A DNA stretch of 62,969 bases, filler included, from Octopus bimaculoides (taxonomy: Eukaryota), in NCBI RefSeq assembly GCF_001194135.2. It is 5 parts of 4 records of this genome, joined end to end, with 100 filler letters (N's around TTAATTAATTAA, not from the genome) between each part and the next. Parts side by side here need not be neighbours in the genome. Positions count along the whole stretch, not along the records: positions 36,319 to 52,534 come from NC_068985.1; 4 more parts are not named here. One strand, written 5' to 3'. A program made the translations under genes and the position numbers. Shown piece after piece: positions 36,480 to 48,530 of this stretch; position 1 is the stretch's first letter, and each line of letters opens with the position of its first letter. The notes under the pieces are model-generated. The model was not told the origin of the DNA. It saw nothing but the letters and a program-made list of their open reading frames with translations, and made no database searches.

Positions 36480-36810
36480 TGTGTGAGCATTGTTGTTGGG
36501 ACGTTTGGTATGTAGATGTAAGCGAGCTGTCGAGCGTAAGTTCGAAAGATGAAGAGAGACAGCTAAACACGTAAAGAGACTGTCTCCAGAGTTGGAATGT
36601 TGGAGACACTGCTTGACACGTCCATGCTCATGGCCGGCTGACCGAGAAAGAGATAGAATAGAAGCGGGAACACTTGGTTGTTTAATTCCACGCATGCATG
36701 AGACTACGCATGCGCACGGCGTTACTACACTTTCATTAATCTGTTAATGTTAACTCAACTAGTACAGTGAGGCTTTGAAAAGCTAACTGAAAATGACTAC
36801 AAAGTAAGGT
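36480..36810. promoter_or_regulatory. CpG-rich promoter-like region with NRF1-like motif; possible first exon ending ATGACTACAAA|gtaagg
   Basis: Local CpG enrichment next to CpG-depleted DNA. The motif CGCATGCGCA is at 36707-36716, ATG at 36793 and a donor at 36804. Confidence 0.4.
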
Positions 36811-37269
36811 GGCAATGGTGGTGGAGCAGATGAACCAAGGGTTGTAATATTTCGATTATTTTCGCAAGTATGGGAGACAACTCCAGATATGTTTTAATCT
36901 TATTATAACCTCATCATTGAAGCATAGACTTCACTATTCTTTTCTACAGAACTGTTCTTAATACCTTGACAGTTGAAACAAATCAGCAATTTGTAAAGAC
37001 AGTGGAGATGGTCAGCGACTAGACTGCTAGGCAGTCTAGTCACAGACTATCCAGTTTGGATATGGTACCTCATAATCCTGTGTTCAAATACTATCAAATT
37101 TGGGATTTGCTTCCCTCAGGGCCAATAAAATAGATGCCATGAATGTACTAGGGTGTATTCATTTGATGAAATTTCCTTACATATGAAACATTGCCATTAC
37201 ATCTGGTCAAAGGAGATATAAGACTGGAAGAAAATACAGAGAATTAAATTTCGACTTTTGGGTATGCTT

Positions 37270-37720
37270 CACATTCTATGCGAGCAAGGAAAAATGAGCA
37301 TTAAAGCAGGGATGATGGTTATAGCAACAGAGGTGGTGATGATTTTGGCAAGGGCTATGATGACAATGACATCAAAGCAGATGATGATGATGATGATGAT
37401 GATAACAATGACGATAATGATGACGACGACGATGACGGCGATGACAATGGTGATGATGATGATGATGATGATGATGATGGTGGTAATGGTGATGATCATG
37501 ATGGTGGTGGTGGTGGTGGTGGTGGTGGTGGTAATGGTGGTGGTGATGCTGATGATGATGAGGAGGATGAGCAGGATGAAGGGAAGGATGAGGAAAATGA
37601 GGACAATTAGGAGGAAAATGTGAAGGAGGAGGGGGAGGAGGAGGAGGAAAGGAAGGAGCTAATCATCATAATTGTGGTTATGATAAAAATTATAATGATG
37701 ATTTTATTAAATACAATGAC
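37270..37720. repeat. Compound (GAT/GGT/GAG)n low-complexity tract
   Basis: Direct observation; it produces spurious ORFs. Confidence 0.9.
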
Positions 37721-38060
37721 ATTGCTAATGAAGATAATGTCTACAATGAACAGTGATTATAATTAGAAATCCGTTTAGATTTTTATTTTTGAACAATTTA
37801 CAAAAGCAGTGACTATACACTTGACTATACACTGAAGTTTTGGTGACTGGATATATGAATTATGAATAAAGATAAAAGTGTGACTGAATAAATGAATTAG
37901 AAGTAGGAAAGCTGGATGAAACATATGAAAGAATATGATTTAAAAATGAATGACTTTTTGACTAAATGATTGAAAAAAATCATTGAATGAATAAAAGATT
38001 GAATAAGTGATTGAATTAAACAATTGGTTCATTAAGGTGTAAAAATCCTTTTATCATCAT

Positions 38061-38091
<31 letters not shown>

Positions 38092-38599
38092 AGCAGCAGA
38101 AGCATCATTATCACCACCTTCAACATTTTAATGTCCACTTTTCCATGCTTGCATGCGACAGACGGAATTCATTGAGCCACATGAAGCCGCCCTTCCTATC
38201 ACCAACACCTCATTTATTTCCAAGTAAGATGGTACTTCCCTGTGATCAGACATGTTTTCATAGAAGATTGGAAATGAACGACACTGCTTATATGACAGTG
38301 ACACTTGTTTACAATTCTCATGTGATGTCAAAATGCAGAAGCACACACACACAATAGGTTTTTTTGTTGTTTCTATCTACCATAATAGAGTAAACTCTGA
38401 TATGTTTTTTTTTAATGTTTTTGATCATGTCCTTCTCTATACCTAGTGCTCTGATTAACATTGACACAATTTCTTTTTTATTTTCCTACTTCACCTCCTA
38501 CATAATCCTATATCAAGATCTTTGTACTTTGATAGTTCTCTTGGCTTCTTTTCAGACAATGTTTTAGATCAGAAGTGATCAGCTAACAGAATACATAAA

Positions 38600-39370
38600 T
38601 TTTTATTCCCTGTCTTTCATAATTATATCTGGATAGATCATTTTGATTACACTGTCAGTCTCAATAAGCTCACACCAGATTATTGTGGCCAGGTTCTTGT
38701 AATGTACCACATTTCATATATGCTTATATTTCTTTGTTTTCAAGTTGAAGTGTTGGCCTACTTCCCAATGGATATTGCTACCAATTTAGTCATGATTGTG
38801 GATATATTCTGTATTTTCAAAAACTGTGCTGTCAGAAATGGTGTGGTCTACTATTTCTTTGTGCTGACTGTATAATCTGCAACTGAGGTTAGCCTCTTGC
38901 TTCACTATTTTATTCTCGTAGTCTTTTTTTCTATTGTTTCATGGCTAGGCATTGATCCTGTGTAACTAAAATCGGACTTATTTCTGCTTTAATTCAGAGC
39001 TTTTAAGCTATTATTGGCTTTCATGCTGGCATGCTTCCTCAATGTTGAGTTTTGCAGGATATTCACTATGGGATATTTTTCTATCTATTTTTATTTTGTC
39101 TTTGGCAGTCCATTTTGCTTCCGTCTATGCTTTTAAAACCTTTTCTGTTGTTTTGTCCTTATCTAGATCTTTCTCATCAGCACAATTAGTTTCTATTTTT
39201 GTATTTTCTTGTTTCGGTGTGTATAGAGAAAAGTATTCATGTTTTGTTTTGATTTCATCATGTTCCTATATTACACTAATCAGTTTTATTTACTGACTTC
39301 TAAGGAATTTTCAGGCTTACTGTTTTACTATCACTGTATCTGTATCAAGCCCCTTCCTCCTTGTTTACAG
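38600..39370 (-). mobile_element. R4/Dong-like LINE fragment (CCHC region)
   Basis: SCRLYSQHKEIVDHTISDSTVFENTEYIHNHD.IGSNIHW matches the CRLC...TVDHI.SGC..L...EY..RH consensus. Confidence 0.65.
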
Positions 39371-39374
39371 AATT

Positions 39375-39750
39375 GGTATAGTCTGGCTTCCATGCTAGTG
39401 GCCCGTAAATAGCACCATTTGAGCGTAATCGTTACCAGAGTCGCCTTCTAGCACTTGTGCTGGTGGCACATTAGAAAATCATTCGAGTGAGATTGTTGCC
39501 AGGTGGCATGTAAAAAACACCTTTGAGTGTGGCTGTTGCCAGTACCGTGTGACTGGCCCTTGTGCCGGTGGCAAGTAAAAGCACCCACTACACTCTCGGA
39601 GTGGTTGGCGTTAGGAAGGGCATCCAGCTATAGAAACTCTGCCAGATCTGATTGGAGCCTGGTGCAGCCTTCTGGCTTGCCAGTCCTCAGTCAAATCGTC
39701 CAACCCATGCTAGCATGGAAAGCGGACGTTAAACAATGATGACGATGATG
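39375..39750 (+). mobile_element. SINE family C
   Basis: Ends ccatgctagcatggaaagcggacgttaaacaatgatgacg. Confidence 0.85.
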
Positions 39751-40899
39751 TGTGTATCAGCTTTTAGTTGGGTGGTTTCTGAATATAGTCAAGTAGTTTT
39801 CAAGATTCCTGTCTTAACTCTTGAACTCAATTAGTTTACACTTTAAAGTTGTAGTGGATGATTGATCTAGCTAATATATTTAAAGCTGCTATATTATTTC
39901 TTACAGTTCAGTTCTTAATATTAATCTGGCTGAAGAACAGCAGATTCATAGAATTGTCAGAATATTGGACAAAATACCTTGTGGTATTTAGTTGAAATCT
40001 CACTGAGGTCATCTTTAACTCCTCTTCTTCCAATGCGATAAAATAAAGTATAAGTCAATATAGGGGTAGATTTAATCAACTATATCCCTTCTTAAAAAAT
40101 TGTGACATTGTAACAGAGTTAGAAATCAATGTTAATCAAACTATTCTATGTTTTTCTTTCTTAATGTTCTCCTTCATCTCTATGTGATGTAATTTATCCA
40201 TTTCACCTACTATGTATTTGTAAGAATACTTGACTTACTTAAGTCCTTCCCTTACTATTGCGCTTAGGCCATTGACAACTTTTCTCTGTTGTTCTCAACC
40301 CTAGGCTGTCTTTTCTGCTTCTCTTCAGTTGGATCCCTGCTTTTTCAGCTTCACCTCAGTATCTCACCAAAGTTCTCCAGAGGGAAAGCCTTCCTTTCCC
40401 AGGTCTTGCTGGTTTTCAATTGTCAGTGATAATTCTGTAACTTTACTTCTTTTTAAGTAGGGATGTTAACCTTACACAAAACTGATTTCAGTTCAAGGAA
40501 GAAATGGTCCATAATAGTCTGGCCTGTATCCTTTGACCTGTCCAGCAAGGAAGGCCTCACCAGGAGCTTGCATTGACATAACTTTCAGAGTCATTGAAGC
40601 ACACAAGCCACCACATCACAAGAAATGGACCTTGTGGGTGGTTCTGTTCTAATTCTTTGATTTCAATGTCTGGATCTAATTTAATGTTATCAGTTTTTAA
40701 TTAATTTGTGTCTTTTCAGAGTAGCTTTGGTACATTCATCATCATCATCATCATCATCACCACCACCACTGCTACCACTGCCGCCGTCGCCGTCATCACC
40801 ATCACCGTTGTTGTTGTCATTGTCATCACCATCACCGTTGTCATCGTCGTCATCGTCATCATCATCATCATCATCATCATCATCAACAGCAGCAGCAGC

Positions 40900-41080
40900 A
40901 GCAGTTAATGTCCACTTTTCATGCTGGCATGGGTTGGATGGCTTGACAGGAATTGGCAAAGTCAGGAGCTGCACCAGGTTCCATTGTCTGTCTTGGCTTG
41001 CTTTCTATGGCTGGATGCCTTTTCTAATGCCAACCACTTTACAGAGTGTACTGGGTGCTTTTTACATGGCACCAGCACCC
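40900..41080 (-). mobile_element. SINE family C fragment
   Basis: gttaatgtccacttttcatgctggcatgggttggatgg... next to a (CAT)n tail. Confidence 0.75.
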
Positions 41081-41451
41081 ATTCCAATACTTTTCTGACT
41101 CCAAATCCATTTTGATAACCTAGACCAATCATGGATAACCTGGGGCCTGTGAAACATTCTGAAGAACATGCCTAGAAAAAGATTACCTTAAATTCTTTTA
41201 GTGGTGTGGCCCACCTCATAATGAGTCATGTCTCATGCAGCCCACTTCTCGTAAAAAGTTACCCATACAAGGCCTAGATGAATATCCCTATGTCAGCTAG
41301 GATCAAGCAGACCTATGGTCAACATGTTATCAACCTACTAAATGACTTGGTGTAACTCACAAAACCGCTGTTCTAGATATCCCATGACTCTGCCTAACTG
41401 AGGATCATATTGTATTCACTGAAATACAGTGATGAATCATATGGAAGTATA

Positions 41452-41673
41452 CTCTTTTACTTGTTTCAGTCATTTGACTGTGGCCATGCTGGAGCACCAC
41501 TTTTAGTCGAGCAAATCGACCCCAGGACTTATTCTTTGTAAGCCTGGTACTTATTCTATCAGTCACTTTTGCCGAACTGCTAAGTTACGGGGACGTAAAC
41601 ACACCAGCTTCGTTTGTCAATCGATGTTGGGGGGACAAGCACAGACACACAAACATACACACACACACACACT

Positions 41674-41707
<34 letters not shown>

Positions 41708-41875
41708 ACGGGCTTCTTTCAGTTTCCGTCTACCAAATCCACTCACAAGGCTTTGGTCGGCTCAAGGCTATAGTAGAAGACACTTGCCCAAGGTGCCACG
41801 CAGTGGGGCTGAACCTGGAACCATGTGGTTCGTAAGCAAGCTACTTATCACACAGCCACTCCTACACCTATAGTG
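41452..41875 (-). mobile_element. SINE family B, full length
   Basis: Reverse complement of ggagtggctgtgtgataagtagcttgc...ggcaccttgggcaagtgtctt. Confidence 0.9.
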
Positions 41876-42150
41876 TAACAATCTGCATATATACTTTTTA
41901 CCCTATCCAGTATATAACCTATTTCTGTACACTTGCAGATACTGGTGGTAACCACAGTGAAGGCAGATAAAATATCAAAGCATGACTTATAAATCCCTCT
42001 TTATTCATCAATGATGGTGTGCATTCTCATCCCAATTCCTGTACTTGGATTAATGATATATCTAATTCTGTGAGTGTTTTTAATATGCTAGGCTGGAGTG
42101 AGTAAGAGTGATCAAGTTCTTACTATTACTTTCGAGTTCTCATTTATTAT

Positions 42151-42185
<35 letters not shown>

Positions 42186-42525
42186 AACTATATCCAGAAT
42201 ATGCTATTATCAGTCTGTGCTTAACCTCAGCTGATAAATAGCATATTTTTAGCTTTGTCAGTATGTTTCTATAAGACAACTATGACTGGCTGCATGTGTT
42301 TTGATATGCATTATGAAACTTCTATCTTAATTAACTAATTAGATTTAAATATGAGAATTCAATAATGTATTTTGAATTTTTAATTGAGTTCTTTATAATT
42401 TCTGTACATATGAAATTTGTTACTTTGAAAAATCTTTTTTCAGTATTCATTTTATATGCATAAGACAGAAAGAAAGAGGGAGGGAGAGAGGAAGAGGGAT
42501 AGGGGGAAAGAGAGGGAGGGAGAGA

Positions 42526-42564
<39 letters not shown>

Positions 42565-42589
42565 ATTGGAGCATGCTAGCTTTATTTCT

Positions 42590-43610
42590 TTGAAGACTTT
42601 GCGTGTCATCTACATTTGACACTCAGCATCACAGGCAGTTCTAGCACAAATGTCATACAATCTGCCCTTTGCTCTGAAGAGAAAGAACCTCATTGTCATC
42701 AGGTGTAATAGCTCTCTGAACTTTTTCCAACCTGTTCTTACTCTAGCTGCTATACTTTCAAAACAACCACTTCCCCTGCTAATTATATCTCATTGTCATC
42801 ACCATCGTCATCATCATCATCGTTTAACATTTGTTTTCCATGCTGGCATGGGTTGGACAGTTCGACCGGGGTCTGGGAAGCCAGGAGGCTGCACCAGGCT
42901 CCAGTCTGATCTGGCAGTGTTTCTACAGCTGGATGCTCTTCCTAACGCCAACCAGTCCATGAGTGTAGTGGGTGCTTTTTACGTGCCACTGGCANNNNNN
43001 NNNNGATGCTCTTCCTAACGCCAACCAGTCCATGAGTGTAGTGGGTGCTTTTTACGTGCCACTGGCACAGGGGCCAGAGGAGGCTGGCAGCGGCCATGAT
43101 TGGTTGGTGCTTTTTACATGCCACTGGCACGGAAGCCAGTCAAGGCGGTGCTGGCATCGGCCACGTTCGGATGGTACTTTTTATGTGCCACCGGCCCGGG
43201 TATTACAACTACAATTTCCATTTGATTTTTATTTTGATGTTGATGTCCTAAATTATAAATGCTATTGGCTACTTCTAGAGAACCATCCAGGCATTTAAGC
43301 AAATCTAGTTCCAGCATGCTCATAGTGCTTCAGTCACATATGAAGTTTAATTTTTTTATTAGTCTATTTCTTTTGCACGCTACATCTGACCCCTATGATA
43401 TCTAATTTTTCTCTCAATACATTTGCCCATTGTCATGCATGGACACTGACATTGCATGTCCTCTTCATTCACAGCCCATATTTCACTACCATGTTGCATT
43501 GCTGCTTATATACAAGCATCATAAATTCTACCTTTCACTCTGTGAGAGAGAGAGAGAGAGAGAGAGAGAGGCCTTTTGTTACTAACAGAGGTACCATATT
43601 TTAACATGTA
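42590..43610 (-). mobile_element. RTE-type LINE fragments with a family C SINE
   Basis: Reverse-strand matches to the 13346-13810 RT region. The family C copy is at 42815-43200. Confidence 0.65.
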
Positions 43611-43719
43611 TAAGGAACCCATTTTTGTTAAAAATTAGGTTAAAAAAATATGGGAGTTTCTTATACATGAATGGTATTATAATCACTTACAAAACCTTTT
43701 TTCCAAATTTTAGGTACCA

Positions 43720-43868
43720 AAAATTAGGGGGCTCCGAATTCACTCATAAGGCTTTGCTCAACCCTGGGCAGTAGTGGATAATAGCTGCCCAAGGTATCAT
43801 GCTGTCGGACTGACCCTGAAACCACAAAGTTGGGAAGCAAGTTTTTCAACCATACAGCCATGCCTGAG

Positions 43869-43916
<48 letters not shown>

Positions 43917-44480
43917 TGCATATATATATATATACATATGTATTTTCTTTTATTTCTTTTACTTGTTTCAGTCATTTGGCTGTGGCCATGCAGGAGCACC
44001 GCCTTTAGTTGAACAAATTAACCCCAGGATTTATTCTTTGTAAGCCTGGTAATTACTCTATCAGTTTCTTTTGTTGAACTGCTAAGTTATCAGGACATAA
44101 ACACTCCAACATCGGTTGTCAAGCGATGGTGGGGGGACAAACACAGATATTTATATATCACAAATATTTATATATNNNNNNNNNNNNNNNNNNNNNNNNN
44201 NNNNNNNNNNNNNNNNNNNNNNNNNNNNNNNNNNNNNNNNNNNNNNNNNNNNNNNNNNNNNNNNNNNNNNNNNNNNNNNNNNNNNNNNNNNNNNNNNNNN
44301 NNNNNNNNNNNNNNNNNNNNNNNNNNNNNATATATATGACAGGCTTCTTTCAGATTCTGTCTACCAATTCCACTTACAAGGCTTTGGTCAGCCCAAGGCT
44401 ATAGTAGAAGACACTTGCCCAAGGTGCTACGCAGTGGGAATGAACCCGGAACCATGTGGTTGGTAAGCAAGCTACTTGCC
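43720..44480 (-). mobile_element. Two SINE family B copies
   Basis: Partial copy at 43720-43870 and a full copy at 43945-44480 with an internal gap. Confidence 0.85.
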
Positions 44481-44955
44481 ACACAGCCACTCCTGTGCCT
44501 AAAAATTTAGGCTTGTATATATTATGAATTATTTAACTCAATGACATAAAGCTACACAGTAAAAAAAGACACAGATAGAATCAACTTTTGATACAAAATA
44601 CAAAGGAAGTATGTGCTATCTTAATCCAAAGTAAGTTCTGCATATATATACTTTAAACTATTATCATTCACATCACATTTTCACATTTTCTCCCAACATC
44701 TCCCTCTCTCACACATGCACACCCACACAAAGGCACGCATTTACTCAAAATGACATATAACCCAAACAAACTATCACCATCATAATCTTATTGACACACA
44801 TATATTTGCATATTTTAAACTAAAATCCAATGAGGAACTCAAATGACCTTTAGTAGAAGGCCAAATCTAATGTATAGATCATGGTAGAGCATACATCCTT
44901 TATACATACACATATGCACACATACATTCATGCATACAAATATGCACACACACAC

Positions 44956-45007
<52 letters not shown>

Positions 45008-46060
45008 CTCTCTATATATATACACGAATATGTATTCTTATATAAGTAAATATGTATGCATCAGATACATGNNNNNNNNNNNNNNNNNNNNNNNNNNNNN
45101 NNNNNNNNNNNNNNNNNNNNNNNNNNNNNNNNNNNNNNNNNNNNNNNNNNNNNNNNNNNNNNNNNNNNNNNNNNNNNNNNNNNNNNNNNNNNNNNNNNNN
45201 NNNNNNNNNNNNNNNNNNNNNNNNNNNNNNNNNNNNNNNNNNNNNNNNNNNNNNNNNNNNNNNNNNNNNNNNNNNNNNNNNNNNNNNNNNNNNNNNNNNN
45301 NNNNNNNNNNNNNNNNNNNNNNNNNNNNNNNNNNNNNNNNNNNNNNNNNNNNNNNNNNNNNNNNNNNNNNNNNNNNNNNNNNNNNNNNNNNNNNNNNNNN
45401 NNNNNNNNNNNNNNNNNNNNNNNNNNNNNNNNNNNNNNNNNNNNNNNNNNNNNNNNNNNNNNNNNNNNNNNNNNNNNNNNNNNNNNNNNNNNNNNNNNNN
45501 NNNNNNNNNNNNNNNNNNNNNNNNNNNNNNNNNNNNNNNNNNNNNNNNNNNNNNNNNNNNNNNNNNNNNNNNNNNNNNNNNNNNNNNNNNNNNNNNNNNN
45601 NNNNNNNNNNNNNNNNNNNNNNNNNNNNNNNNNNNNNNNNNNNNNNNNNNNNNNNNNNNNNNNNNNNNNNNNNNNNNNNNNNNNNNNNNNNNNNNNNNNN
45701 NNNNNNNNNNNNNNNNNNNNNNNNNNNNNNNNNNNNNNNNNNNNNNNNNNNNNNNNNNNNNNNNNNNNNNNNNNNNNNNNNNNNNNNNNNNNNNNNNNNN
45801 NNNNNNNNNNNNNNNNNNNNNNNNNNNNNNNNNNNNNNNNNNNNNNNNNNNNNNNNNNNNNNNNNNNNNNNNNNNNNNNNNNNNNNNNNNNNNNNNNNNN
45901 NNNNNNNNNNNNNNNNNNNNNNNNNNNNNNNNNNNNNNNNNNNNNNNNNNNNNNNNNNNNNNNNNNNNNNNNNNNNNNNNNNNNNNNNNNNNNNNNNNNN
46001 NNNNNNNNNNNNNNNNNNNNNNNNNNNNNNNNNNNNNNNNNNNNNNNNNNNNNNNNNNNA

Positions 46061-46157
<97 letters not shown>

Positions 46158-46255
46158 CCTTTCTACTATAGGAACAAGTCTGCCTGCCTGCCTACCTGCC
46201 TGCCTGCCTACCTGCCTGCCTGCCTGCCTGCCTACCTACCTACCTACCTACCTAC

Positions 46256-46287
<32 letters not shown>

Positions 46288-47365
46288 TATCTTTTACTGG
46301 TTTCAGCCCAGGGCTGAGGTCATGCTGGTGTGTGTGTGTGCATGCACACACACACATGCACACACACACATGCACACACACATGCAAACACACACTAGCT
46401 GAGTATCCTGTCATTGTCGGGTAATTTTCATAATAGAATATCTTGGCAGACTTTTGGAATAGCACACTCTAAGTTGAATTTTCTCCATTTAGATGGATAT
46501 GTTTTCAAATTTTTCTTTTTACCATACCCTTGCAAATGATGATGGTGGTGCCAGGGATAGGTGGTGGGGCTGAGAGCTTTTTCTGAAAAATAATTTTTGA
46601 AAATTTATGAATCTGCTTCCCCACTTCTAGATCGATTTTGTCCAATTTTTTTTGCAGTATATACTTAAAAACAATGGAAGATGCCATTTTGATTTTTTAA
46701 AAAATGATAAATTTATGAATTTTTTCAAACACCACTTTCCCTACTCTATCAATTTTGGAAAATTTTTTTGCACTATACACTTAAAAACTATTGGAGAAGC
46801 TTTGATGGCTAAAAAACAATTTTGGAAATCAATGACTACCATTACAATCCTCAAACAATAGTTAAATTTCAAAAAGAATTTTTCATTAGCCCTGCCCCGC
46901 CTTCAATAAATCCTAAAATTTCAGCTTTTTTCAAAATTTCATTTAATCATAGTTTTAAAATACAGTCAGTCTGAATCTGCAATCTATTTCTCTTTATAAT
47001 TTCAAAATAATTTTCAGACGAAAAGGTATGCAATTTAAGGGAGATTTAGATGTTTTTAGCACATCCCAGATCGCTTGGTATCTTCCTTGTTCCTTTGTCC
47101 TATGTATTGGACAAAACCTTTCGGCTGGGAGAGGAAGTGGGGACACAGATGAATAGTTATGTATTTGCATGGCTGAGTCCAATTTGCTCACTTGCCCTGT
47201 GTCTCACTGCTTTCAGATATCTACACACTAAAGACATCAAGATGTTAGTGTTTAGCAGACAGAAGTTTGTAAATGACAGCTACATTTTCACCTCCTAATT
47301 TAATTGGAGTGGAAATGAAATATTGCTATGCTAGCTTTCTTGAATGGGACTCTGTTCAGTTACAG

Positions 47366-47676
47366 CTGTTGTTCCCAAACCTTTTCAGGCTGCCGGCCCC
47401 TTGATACCAAGGCCACATTCCTAGCGCCCCCACCCCAACTAACCATCACAAACATATACCTCTTTCTCAAGCAAATTCAGAGCAACTGTATTTCACAAAT
47501 AAAACTTAACCTCATGAATCCATTATTTTTGTTGTGCTTACAGGAATCGCTATCTCACTATTGCCCCACTTTTTACATGAATCACTTACCCATTATCGCC
47601 CTAGTTTTCTTCAATGCCTCCTTGGAACTTTCCACCGCCCACACGGGGGCAATACCACTCACTTTGGGAACCACTG
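47366..47676. mobile_element. hAT (Charlie-like) MITE
   Basis: TIRs ctgttgttcccaaa and tttgggaaccactg. A perfect 8-bp TSD AGTTACAG lies at 47358-47365 and 47677-47684. Confidence 0.9.
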
Positions 47677-47874
47677 AGTTACAGCATTATAGCCTAAAAC
47701 AGGTAAATATATTGTTGCCAAAAGTAATGTGCTTATGTCAAGACAGAGAATTCATGTGTTGATAGCTTCCACATGAAGATAATCAAAGTTGTTCCCCTTG
47801 AAGGTGAGACTCCTTTAGCACCTGTTTTGTAGTAAACGATGTTTGCTTTATTTTAATACATTTTCTTTTTATAG

Positions 47875-48030
47875 GTTTATCTGAGATGTCTTTGCCCAAA
47901 AATAAACCACTACTCTTAATTCATTCTGAAAGAGTTGGCCTTGATGATGCCGTGTTTTTATTTATCCCGGACTATGTTGTCAAATGTTACCTTAGTACTT
48001 TTAAGACAATTTGTGTTATTTGAGGGAGAT
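47875..48030 (+). CDS. Candidate exon (possible start-codon exon: M(M)PCFYLSRTMLSNVTLVLLRQFVLFEGD)
   Basis: Strong acceptor ttttctttttatag|G and donor GAGAT|gtgagt. Only the 3' part is open in the frame that ends at phase 0. No homology recognised. Confidence 0.3.
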
Positions 48031-48104
48031 GTGAGTGTTTTTTCTTTAGACATCAGTAAGATATAGTGTCCTTTTTAGAAGAATTTATCTGACGTTTTTT
48101 GTTT

Positions 48105-48261
48105 TCGTGTGGCTGTGTGGTAAGTAGTCTGCTTCCCAACCACATGGTTCCGGGTTCAGTCCTACTGCGTGGCATCTTGGGCAAGTGTCTTCTACTATAG
48201 CCTCGGGCCGACCAAAGCCTTGTGAGTGGATTTGGTAGACGGAAACTGAAAGAAGTCCGTC

Positions 48262-48320
<59 letters not shown>

Positions 48321-48530
48321 TGTGTGTTTGTGTGTCTGTGTTTGTCCCCCCACCATCATTTGACAACCGATGCTGGTGTGTTTACGTCCCCGTAACTTAG
48401 CGGTTCGGCAAAAAGAGACCGATAGAATAAGTACAAGGCTTACAGAGAATAAGTCCTGGGGTCGATTTGCTCAACTAACGGCGGTGCTCCAGCATGACTG
48501 CAGTCAAATGACTGAAACAAATAAAAGAAA
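48105..48530 (+). mobile_element. SINE family B, young copy
   Basis: CpG-retaining full-length copy with an internal (TA)n. Confidence 0.9.

Noticed and set aside
42932-43066. Apparent ~62-bp tandem duplication
   Set aside because: Identical copies flank a 10-N gap, indicating an assembly overlap artefact.
45030-46424. Long ORFs of 350-460 aa, and similar ones at 56-57.7 kb
   Set aside because: They are composed of N runs and microsatellites.
46994-47298. Several short ORFs on both strands in unique sequence, and an 8-nt microexon-like acgaaaag
   Set aside because: No consistent frame and splice combination, and no recognisable domain.
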